From assembly GCA_041687695.1 (NCBI GenBank), contig JAWLBL010000009.1:171634-235633 (forward strand): a stretch of 64,000 nucleotides of DNA, written 5' to 3'. The stretch is from Myxococcota bacterium (GTDB lineage Bacteria; Myxococcota_A; UBA9042; PHBI01; JAWLBL01). Of this stretch, positions 17,401 to 24,676 are shown one piece after another. Within the stretch, counting starts at the first letter, position 1. Each line of letters starts with the position of its first letter. Made by a program: the position numbers and the translations under genes. The notes beneath the pieces are model-generated. The model was not told where the DNA came from. It worked only from the letters and a program-made list of their open reading frames with translations, and searched no databases.

Positions 17401-18821
17401 GGCGGCAGGGGCGGTTCGAGGACGTGTTCTACGTCCCGGGTCAGCAGCCGGGCGAGCCGGGCCGGCTGCTCTTCGACACCCAGCGCCCAGAGGGTCCGCC
17501 GCTCAGACACTTCGGCGAGGCGCTCGCGCGGCAGCTGGTCGGCAACCCGCTGCTGGGCCCGGTCTTCGCCGAGGCCCTGGCCGCCATCGAGACCGGGAGC
17601 CTGGCCGATCTCCTCGAGCGCCGTCATGCGTCCGAACTGGCCCGCGATCTGAGGCCCCAGCTAGAGCCGCTGCTTCCCCAGCAGCGGGCGCAGATCGAGA
17701 CCGCGCTCGAACGCTGGTGCGCGCGTCCGGCCGAGGTGATGCGACGGGGACGCATTGGCCGGGACGACCTGTTGGGACGGGTGGGCTTCGAGACCGCCAG
17801 CGCGCTTCGGCGAGCCCTGGTGGACGCCGTTGCTGACGACCAGCTCGCCGACTACCTGCCCACGCTGGTCATCGCCTCCGAGAACCGGGACACCTGGCGC
17901 GCCTGGCACCGCCGTTGGGCCGCCCGCCTGACCGCCTGGGTCGCCCACCAGCTGGAAGGCGAGCCGCCGCGGTCGACCTTGGCCGACTGCATCGAGCCGC
18001 GCCTCGACTGCCTGCTCTTCGATCCAGAGGTCGAGGCGTCCCAGTGGGTGCGCCGCCTCGGCCTGACCCTGCGCGAGCCGCTCGAGGTGACCCTCTCGGT
18101 CTTCGCCCCCGACTTCGCTCCGGTCGCCAGCCCGCCCGCTTCGCACGCGGCCCTCGGCTGGTCGGCCGCCCCGGGCACCCTCGGCTCGGCGACCGGCGGG
18201 CCGGCGGGCATCGTGACGCCCGAGAGCCTGGCCGAAGAGCAGGCCGCCCGGGCCGCGTGGGGCGACGCCGCCGAGGCGGCCCTGCTGGCCTGGGTCGTCG
18301 AGACGACCGCACCGCTGCTCGACCTACCCGGCGGCCGCGACCTCCTGGTCTCGGCCTTTCCCCCGTCCAGCCACACCCGCGCCCTGGTCGCCAAGGCGCT
18401 GGACGAGCGCAAGCCTCACGAGGCCCTGCACATAGCAAAGCTCTGGTCGGGCGCCGGCTTCGACCTGCTCGGTCTCGAGGTCGAAGCCGGCGAGCCGGTC
18501 CTGACCCGCTATGAGTGCAAGGGCCTGCCCCGAGACGCCGCCCGCATCCGAATCCACCTGTCCCGGCGCGAGCTCGCCGTCGCCCGCCAGGTCCAGCAGA
18601 CCGGCCGGGGCCGCTGGCGCCTGGTCGGCGTCGAGACCTCCGGCCGCTCGGTCGACCTGACGCCCCTGGTCGCCGACCTCCTGACCGCCGACCCAGCTCC
18701 CCTTCAGCCCCTCAGCTCCCTCGGCTTCGAACCCGACGGCCTGCGCCTGGTCGTCACCCGCCCCGTCACCCCACCGTCAGCTCGAAGTGACGGCGACCGC
18801 GTGACCGCTTCGATCGCCTGA
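14484..18821 (+). CDS. Sacsin/NOV-like GHKL ATPase with C-terminal DUF3883-like (PD-(D/E)xK) nuclease domain
   Basis: AGGAGG RBS; LELLQNALD, VANDGAPF, SNKS..LGNKGIGFRSVF, VHADFQL..DR; C-terminal WGDAAE..GAGFDLL..YECKG..IHLSRRE. Confidence 0.85.
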   Translation: MSRAHWSDVVAAFTRHAEHYIRHGGGEAALIGRRAEGSVTLQYAGRVVLELLQNALDRADRQVEVRFEDGRLVVANDGAPFTVDPAFDYDQPKQGVARRDFNALCALHTSNKSADRQLGNKGIGFRSVFGVARRVQVWSKLAEGGWWGLELSSELNPAEWPGSELPKLDERIESLGPERRPSFHFPRPLRRADAPAEGLDAMETAVLLEVEDPQHRQQIQDEVDGLAAVRLHFITLQCPGIAVSVQRSPNPSATGWSLSTQTHPDLAALARAADHAVPQPRVSVAWPPVGSAPTGAFFNYLPTRVGTGLPLDVHADFQLKADRDTMALGASSDVGRYNLALLERAAELHVARLREACRDQALPREDLWLLAGRPDGAPEPWVLALRNQLFPGKSWDLWRQLAASFFREVRPEAAYRAFWAATRAWLHHLLGSGHWTPTWRKAAVDLCDTFAGAGIRLIPVPGPTGLDAVALPTRQQRGLRAERRLFVLRDPKHDAIAIPQALLSLGRAVTRFNLGPWEEPSGALRFVPDAVLGDLRQIPRDPANLETQPSLTEADQTDLLAFAKALLPADPPDHFAWRAFTDSEDRRFFGRAIATLFLPTTEGRWEPARQLTADRVDRARLLGPDGEPLLTDAFLARLGVAPAGAVPLVEEGDRGRVDPLDAPPPLQPAGADHLARPLAALLDGPPSISEVGHTLEGLPADNKDSAVRHGLGSTAWLPRALFREHLDPATQQPTFIPLPERLAPRDVLTAHRDPRRVFLAEPIDAGHDEVLEELGAIKSLGDERTARRAPALLDLLASRCPNPDALTGSLRTRLAALFEALVDVLSIDDGPEVPVLIEHNGALRWRSAGEEAWLARDEDRSALRLYFPDLPRVAASHRRGLAERLGVREVSLRQTVRSDGALEETQLARKLAAALREHLAAFCALAEVSRLVPAVDLERVRRAWLGGSPPVEQAKDAWVELALEGPDLTPRPWRQGRFEDVFYVPGQQPGEPGRLLFDTQRPEGPPLRHFGEALARQLVGNPLLGPVFAEALAAIETGSLADLLERRHASELARDLRPQLEPLLPQQRAQIETALERWCARPAEVMRRGRIGRDDLLGRVGFETASALRRALVDAVADDQLADYLPTLVIASENRDTWRAWHRRWAARLTAWVAHQLEGEPPRSTLADCIEPRLDCLLFDPEVEASQWVRRLGLTLREPLEVTLSVFAPDFAPVASPPASHAALGWSAAPGTLGSATGGPAGIVTPESLAEEQAARAAWGDAAEAALLAWVVETTAPLLDLPGGRDLLVSAFPPSSHTRALVAKALDERKPHEALHIAKLWSGAGFDLLGLEVEAGEPVLTRYECKGLPRDAARIRIHLSRRELAVARQVQQTGRGRWRLVGVETSGRSVDLTPLVADLLTADPAPLQPLSSLGFEPDGLRLVVTRPVTPPSARSDGDRVTASIA

Positions 18822-18858
18822 GGTACCCACGACTCGTTCCTCAGTCGTTCGACGGGTC

Positions 18859-19917
18859 TCAGGTCTCGTCGAAGTCGAGGACGAGCGACGCCCCTGGTGC
18901 GGCATACCTGGCCTCGTAGGCATGGCAGCTTTGGAGGTCCGCGCTTGACCAGTGTTCGTTGCGTGGCGTGCGGTAGTTGAAGCACAGGATCTTCGGCGCG
19001 AGGTCCCCAGTGAGGATGCGCGCGATGGAGGCGTCGTCTGGGTGGTTGAACCGCTTGCCGTTGGTCGAGACGAGGTAGTGCGCGGCCGGTAGGCGCGCGA
19101 CGAGTTCGCGGCTGAGGTTACCCTTGCTGCCGTGGTGAGGCAGCTTGAACACGTCGAGGCGGTCCGGAAGCGACTCGACCCTTGCGAGCGCGCCGAGCAG
19201 AACGGACGGAAAAGCATCGCCCGAAAACAGGCACGTCCAGCCTCCGTACTCGAAAAGAAAGGCGATGCTGGAGCCGTTGGCAACCGCGTCGTCCTCCTCG
19301 AACGGCTCGGCCGCGAGCGCCTCCACATCCACGGACGGGCTCGCCGCGCCTTCTTCTTCCGACTCGTCTTCGCCGCCCAGCCTGTCCAGGGCCTCGAGTC
19401 GCTTCTCGAGCTTCGGGATCTCTCGGTTCCATGCGCGCCGAAGGCGACGCAGGCGCTCGGCGTCGGGAGACAGAAGCGTCAAGGTCGCCCCTCCGGGAAG
19501 GCGCACGATCGGCAAGGGGCCGTGCTGGGGCACGACCACAGCGCCGCCGTCGAAGGCCCGATTCCAAGGCCACCGCAGCTGGTCGAGACGGCGCGAGAGG
19601 ACTTCGCCCTGGTAGACACCGAGGCCGTCAGGATCGAGGTGGTCGGGCCCGTTGAACCACACGTCGCCAGGGCGAAGGCGATCCGCATGCTCGTCGAGAA
19701 GGGCGAGGATCCCGGCGATGTGGTCGGCGTCGATGTGGGTGACGACGAGCAGGTCGAGTTCGAGCGGAGCGGACTTCGTTCCGAGCCGTCGCTCGAGAAG
19801 GCGGGCGGTTCCGGCGAGGCCGCCGTCGATGAGGACCCGGTGGGAGCGGTCCGGCGACCCGTACTCGACCCAGAGGGAGTCGCCGTAACTCGCCGGGAGC
19901 ATCTCGATGCGAAGCAT
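18859..19917 (-). CDS. ComEC/Avs1a-like MBL-fold metallohydrolase (putative nuclease effector)
   Basis: MLPASYGDSL, VLIDGG, VTHIDADHIAG, VWFNG, NGSSIAFL, LFSGDA, KLPHHGSKGN and STNG..FNHPD motifs. Confidence 0.88.
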   Translation of the reverse strand: MLRIEMLPASYGDSLWVEYGSPDRSHRVLIDGGLAGTARLLERRLGTKSAPLELDLLVVTHIDADHIAGILALLDEHADRLRPGDVWFNGPDHLDPDGLGVYQGEVLSRRLDQLRWPWNRAFDGGAVVVPQHGPLPIVRLPGGATLTLLSPDAERLRRLRRAWNREIPKLEKRLEALDRLGGEDESEEEGAASPSVDVEALAAEPFEEDDAVANGSSIAFLFEYGGWTCLFSGDAFPSVLLGALARVESLPDRLDVFKLPHHGSKGNLSRELVARLPAAHYLVSTNGKRFNHPDDASIARILTGDLAPKILCFNYRTPRNEHWSSADLQSCHAYEARYAAPGASLVLDFDET

Positions 19918-19918
19918 G

Positions 19919-22741
19919 TCAGAGCCTCCAGTCGGCATCGCCGAAGGCGACGAGGCCGAGCGCCATGGTCTTGCCCGCCGCAACGAGCCTTCTTCGCGCC
20001 ATCCGGAACGCGTCTCCGACCGTCGGGGAGAGCGCGGGATCGGCGGCACCCGACGCGGACAGCTCTAGTAGGGAGCGCACGAGCTCCGCGCCGGTACCGG
20101 CGGCGTGTCGGCCGATGACACGGCCATAAGTCCCTACGACGACGGCGGCCTGCTCCTGTCGCCAGGTGGCGAGGAGCGTGAAGGGGGTCTCACCGCCGAC
20201 CGCCGTGTCGCAGCCGAGGAGGAGCACGATGGGGCGGCGCCCGTCGCGCCCGAGCACGTGCCGGTCGGCTTCGATGCTCGCTTGGGGGAGCCGGTCCTGC
20301 CTATCGATCTCGATGGCGAGTGTCGCCGCGTCTCCCACCGTATGGCCCAGCACGACCAGCACTCCCGGCGAGCGGGCATTGAGGTTGTTCTCCCAATCCG
20401 CCCAGAAGGAGACCTGTGCGAACCGCTCCGACCCAAGGTCGTCGTCCAGCGCCGCGACGATTTGCGGGAGCACGCCCTCGGGCCTGTTGGCGCGAACAGA
20501 GCTGGCCCAGAGGACACCATCGCCGAGCCCGACCTGCTCACGCCGTCGCCGGTCCTCGGAGGTCGCCCGAGCTTGCAGGACTGCGAAATCGGCCCCTTCC
20601 TTGGTGACCGCCCTGGCGACCGCGGGCGCGTGGAGGTGGCGCTCGATGACCTTGTGGAGACCCCAGAACGCTAACGGGCAGACGACCCCGCGAGACGCCC
20701 CGGGGCACTCCCACGAGCAGTCGCCGGCGGGGTCCATCTGCAAGTCGGTGGGGCAGACGGTTGCCGCGTCGTCGGGAGGTGGTCCGTCGTAGCAAACCTC
20801 CAGCGGAAGGACGGCATCGGGGCGCGCCGAGATCACCTGGAGGCGATCGGCCGAGGCGGCCGCGTTGAGCCCGGCATCCTTCTCGAGGGATCGAGCGAGC
20901 ACGCGACCCGCCCGCGCCAGGCGTACGTAGAGTTGGCGCGTACGCTCGTCGTCGGGCGTGCCGTCCTGGCCCTCGGCATACTCGTCGAGCAGCTCCCCGA
21001 TGGACCTCGCCGCCTGCTCGGCCTTGTCCGGGAGGACGAGGAGGTCGGCTTCCTGGTCCTTGATCGCGAGGATCAACGCTTCGCCGGCGGGCGTGTGATT
21101 GAACACCAGGGTGGCGTCAAAACCCTGGTCCGAAGGCTCCGGCGCGAGGCCGCGAAGGATGGCCTCGGGGATGAGGCGGATGCGCTCCTCGGTCTGCCCG
21201 GCTCCGACCCATCCGTCGAGCACCGCGGTCTGGAGGACGCGACCTTGGTGGAGCACGGCGAGCCGCGCACGATAGCGCGGGACGTCGTTCGGAACGACGA
21301 TCTCGACGGTTGCCGAATCCGAAGGACCTGCGGCCGGAAGGTGCAGGGATCGCATCAAAGGGGTGCGTTCGCGGCCGACCAGGGGCGCGAGTACGACCGT
21401 GAGGGTGTGACCGGAGGTGGACGGCGGCAGCTCGTCGATGGGGAAGGGTGCGGCCAGGGCCGACCACCCGTCCTGGGGAGGGGCGATGGCGACGTGAACG
21501 GCGTGCCGCGCTCCTGGCTCGAACACCTGGAGCGCGGCGGCTTCCTTCCCAGCGTCGGCCCGGGTGACCCGGGCCTGCAGGTGCCGGGCGAGTGGGGTCT
21601 CGAGGAGCTCGCGCCCAACCAGGGTGAGGGGGAGCAGGTCGGTCGCGCCGTGAGACTCGGCGTGGAACTCGAAGTCGCTGAGGGCCGCCTCGAGCGCCTC
21701 GTCGGGATCGGCGCTGACCGCGAGCTTGGGGTGGTCGAGGTCCCAGCCTCGCCGGCGTAGTGCGCCCGAAAGCCCTTCGAAGTCGTGGAGCTGAAGGTGG
21801 GAGAGCCGGTTCAGCGCCAGCTTCTCGGCGGACTCGAGCCAGCCTCGGCTGTGGAGACGATCAGCAATGGAGACGACCGTGTCGCTGAGCCGGCTGGCGT
21901 CCAGGCCGGTGCCGCGCGCCAGGATGAGCGGCGGCAGGGACGTGCCCCCTTTGGAGGCCGTCTCGAAGAGCGCGACGTCGAGCGCCTGGTCGTGGCTGAG
22001 GGCGGCGACCAGGTCGACCAGCCAGCCCGCCGGATCCTCGGGTGTGGCGACGACGACCGCGGCCTCGGCGTCGAAGCGGCGAAGCGCCCGGGAGGCGACC
22101 TCGAGCGCCGGCTCGCGGTCGGCTGGCTCGACCCAGACGAGTACCGCGTTGACGCGACCCGCCGGTCGAGGCGCGTCGACGTCGAGGTCGCACCTCGGGA
22201 GGACCAGCAGGTCGATCGTCTCGGAGGAAGCATCGGCCGCGACCGTCCGCCTGAGGTGCTCGAGGCCGCCGCGGTCGTCGAAGCCGGACCGAAGGGCTGC
22301 AGAGCGCGGCGTTTGGAGGAAGCCGAAGTCGAAGGGCCAGTGCCAGGCGACCTCGCGCTTGGGCGCCGGACGCTCGACCACGACCGAGGCGACGCCCGGC
22401 GCATCGCGGAGCGCCGAAACCCACGCTTCCAGGTCGTCGCGGGCAGGAAGGTCAGACTCCATGAGCAGGAGACGTAGGCCGCGGGAGATCACCCAGGCCT
22501 CGAATTGCCAGAGCGCGCCCGACTTCGCGGGGTCGAGGTGCTGCGCCTCGCACCAGGGGCGTGCCTGTCTGAGAATTCCGCGTGCGGGCCACCCAACTGG
22601 AAGTTCCGCAGGGGAGCGCGCCGAATCCGGAAGGAAGAGCGCGCCCGCTAGCGCGGCGCCGAAGGCCGCTGGCTCGAGGTTCGCCCCCCAATCGCCCGAC
22701 GGTCTCCTGTCGGGGCCGAGGAACGGATCGGTGGGGGTCAT
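19919..22741 (-). CDS. Large CHAT (caspase-like) protease-domain protein
   Basis: C-terminal LPLE..YD, FWGLHKVIER, VVLGH (His), LLLGCDT (Cys), VGDAFRMARR..LVAFGDADW; central beta-rich domain; ATGA overlap with the patatin stop. Confidence 0.8.
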   Translation of the reverse strand: MTPTDPFLGPDRRPSGDWGANLEPAAFGAALAGALFLPDSARSPAELPVGWPARGILRQARPWCEAQHLDPAKSGALWQFEAWVISRGLRLLLMESDLPARDDLEAWVSALRDAPGVASVVVERPAPKREVAWHWPFDFGFLQTPRSAALRSGFDDRGGLEHLRRTVAADASSETIDLLVLPRCDLDVDAPRPAGRVNAVLVWVEPADREPALEVASRALRRFDAEAAVVVATPEDPAGWLVDLVAALSHDQALDVALFETASKGGTSLPPLILARGTGLDASRLSDTVVSIADRLHSRGWLESAEKLALNRLSHLQLHDFEGLSGALRRRGWDLDHPKLAVSADPDEALEAALSDFEFHAESHGATDLLPLTLVGRELLETPLARHLQARVTRADAGKEAAALQVFEPGARHAVHVAIAPPQDGWSALAAPFPIDELPPSTSGHTLTVVLAPLVGRERTPLMRSLHLPAAGPSDSATVEIVVPNDVPRYRARLAVLHQGRVLQTAVLDGWVGAGQTEERIRLIPEAILRGLAPEPSDQGFDATLVFNHTPAGEALILAIKDQEADLLVLPDKAEQAARSIGELLDEYAEGQDGTPDDERTRQLYVRLARAGRVLARSLEKDAGLNAAASADRLQVISARPDAVLPLEVCYDGPPPDDAATVCPTDLQMDPAGDCSWECPGASRGVVCPLAFWGLHKVIERHLHAPAVARAVTKEGADFAVLQARATSEDRRRREQVGLGDGVLWASSVRANRPEGVLPQIVAALDDDLGSERFAQVSFWADWENNLNARSPGVLVVLGHTVGDAATLAIEIDRQDRLPQASIEADRHVLGRDGRRPIVLLLGCDTAVGGETPFTLLATWRQEQAAVVVGTYGRVIGRHAAGTGAELVRSLLELSASGAADPALSPTVGDAFRMARRRLVAAGKTMALGLVAFGDADWRL

Positions 22742-23883
22742 GCAGCCTCCGCGGGCGCATGGGCAAGGTCGGGCGTCACCCTCTCGCCTTCTAGGACATC
22801 GAGCATGCGGGATGCTTGGCGTTCGCCCCAGGCCACGAGCGCGTCGATATCGGCCTGGGTCATGCGTGTGAGGCGCGTGTCGATGTCGGCCAGGTCGGGC
22901 CGACTCTCGGGTCCCTCCGGCAGTGGGTGGCGCCCCGAGCGGGTGACGAGCTCGCCCTGGATCGAGAAGTACGCGCCTAGACGGTGCCCACTGGCGAGCT
23001 CGCGCTCGAGCCAGCGCGTACGAAGGGCTCGCACCTGGTCGTCGAAGATGGCGCGGACCCGGAGGAGCTGTCCGAACCACTCAAGGCCGCCCCGACGAAC
23101 GTCCTGGAGGCGCTTGCCCCCATCGCTCACCAAGACGCAGCGGAACTTGTGCGCGGTCTCGTGGCCGAAGTTGTCGTAGACGCCCCCGTCGGTGAGCCGG
23201 ATGTGGCGACGCAGCTCCCGCTGGAGCTCCGGGTTGCCACGAGCTAGCGTCGGCTTTCCCTTTTCCGGCGCCGCAGGAGCCTTCAGGCGCATCGGTGAGA
23301 GGATGGGCGGAAACGCCGAGGAGGCGGCGACGGCCTGCGCGAGCGGCAGGACCGGATCTTCCCACATCCCCAGCTTGTAGTCGGCCATGTACGGGCGCGA
23401 AAAGCGGAAGAGAACGCCCGTCTGGAGGTTGGCCGCGTTGATGACGAAGCGCGGCCCTTCGTGCTCGTCCGGTAGGTTCTGGAGCGTCGCGCCCTTGAAG
23501 AGGTGGCGGTCATAGGCGCGCGCTACCTGGTTGGCCCCGGACGTGAACGGAAGGAGCCCGAGCGCAACGGCCTTCCAATCCAGGGTGCGGGAGGCGAGGG
23601 CTCGGATGGGCTGCTCCACGAGGTCGCCGAACCGGGTCGCGAGTCCGTCGGCGTCGAAGGCGAGCTCACGCCAACGCAGCCCCAGCAGTCCCGCTACGAT
23701 GGAGCCACCGGAGACGCTGGATACGCGCGTGAGGCGCACCAGCCAACCTCGCTGGTTCAGCGCGCGCAACGTCCCGAGGTGGTACAGCATCGCGCGATAT
23801 CCGCCGCCCGAGAGGCAGAGCGCGATCCCCGGCCGGATCTCGTCGTGAAAAGGGATTGGGAGGCTTGGGGACGGGCTCTTCAT
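22738..23883 (-). CDS. Patatin-like phospholipase
   Basis: LCLSGGGYRA, SSVSGGS (nucleophile Ser), AVAASSAFPP, LTDGGVYDN; AGGAG RBS before ATG 23883 (alternative start 23952). Confidence 0.92.
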   Translation of the reverse strand: MKSPSPSLPIPFHDEIRPGIALCLSGGGYRAMLYHLGTLRALNQRGWLVRLTRVSSVSGGSIVAGLLGLRWRELAFDADGLATRFGDLVEQPIRALASRTLDWKAVALGLLPFTSGANQVARAYDRHLFKGATLQNLPDEHEGPRFVINAANLQTGVLFRFSRPYMADYKLGMWEDPVLPLAQAVAASSAFPPILSPMRLKAPAAPEKGKPTLARGNPELQRELRRHIRLTDGGVYDNFGHETAHKFRCVLVSDGGKRLQDVRRGGLEWFGQLLRVRAIFDDQVRALRTRWLERELASGHRLGAYFSIQGELVTRSGRHPLPEGPESRPDLADIDTRLTRMTQADIDALVAWGERQASRMLDVLEGERVTPDLAHAPAEAA

Positions 23884-23966
23884 GGGGGCTCCTGGCGAGT
23901 CGGCCGAAGGTGGCGGGACCGTAAAGGATGAGGCGAAGTCAGGTCGCTTCATCTCATCTTCGCCGT

Positions 23967-24227
23967 CTATCGAGTCGCGGCTGCAACGGAGTGGCTCTTG
24001 TCCTTGGCCTCGACGACGGCCAGGGGGAGGTTGGCCTGATAGAAGAGGAGGTAGTCGGCCCGCTTCTGCTTGCCGCGGGAGGCGAGCTTGCCGCGGACGA
24101 TGACCCGGCCCGCGGTGAACGTGTACTCGCGGCGGACCTGCGTCAGCTTGTCCCAGCCGGCCTTCGCGATGGCCGGGGTGATGAAGTTCTGACAGACCTC
24201 CGCTTCGGTGAGCGACTTCTTGCTCAT
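23967..24227 (-). pseudogene. hsdR: Truncated type I restriction subunit R (N-terminal 86 aa only)
   Basis: MSKKSLTEAEVCQNFITPAI..AGW..REY.FT.GRVIVRGK..RG..KRADYLL..PLAVVEAK followed by an early stop; no helicase region. Confidence 0.85.
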
Positions 24228-24314
24228 GCGGGTCCCCCCTCTCGCGCTGCCGTTGCCCCGTGTGAATCGATCGACCACGAGGGGGCATCACCCCGTACGT
24301 ACAGGTTCGGCGGG

Positions 24315-24343
24315 ATTGTTCGCGGTCCGGATCGGGGCGTCAA
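24315..24343 (-). promoter_or_regulatory. Putative sigma-70 promoter for hsdR'-patatin-CHAT-MBL
   Basis: Minus strand reads TTGACG-N17-AACAAT. Confidence 0.5.
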
Positions 24344-24408
24344 GGGGGGCCTAAGCCTCGGGGGCGCGGCGAACGACGGGTGGAATGGGCTCTCGGGCCT
24401 GGGCCGGG

Positions 24409-24676
24409 TCAGGGGGCGCGGCGGACGCGGGAGAGGACGACCTCGACCGGGTCGCGGTCGTAGGTGAGGCCGGCGCGGCTGGGGACGGCGGGCAGCGCGG
24501 TGCGGGCGAGGGGGGTCAGGGGGAGCTGGGCCTCGGCGGCGTCGCAGAGGGGGCGGCCCTCGGGGCTGCTGCACAGGGAGCTGCGGACGTAGACGACGCA
24601 GCGCTCGCGGGCGAGGTCGGCGGGGGTCCAGTCGCCGGGGAGGCGGACGACGCCGGCCAGCTCGCGGCGGGCGCCG
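24409..24676 (-). repeat. Right direct repeat (3' end of the intact membrane-protein gene)
   Basis: Matches 9141..9408. Confidence 0.95.

Larger units (their letters stand above)
9409..24408. mobile_element. ~15-kb accessory/defence island between 268-bp direct repeats
   Basis: Bounded by the duplicated gene end; defence-type cargo; several genes with atypical codon use; no integrase or transposase recognised. Confidence 0.7.

Noticed and set aside
18859..23883. CBASS or AVAST assignment for the patatin/MBL operon
   Set aside because: No CD-NTase, STAND ATPase or trypsin-like protease motifs were recognised in the island.
22738..24291. 517-aa patatin with a long N-terminal extension, or an HsdR-patatin fusion
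   Set aside because: The extension is an off-frame reading of the hsdR stub, which stops in its own frame at 23967.
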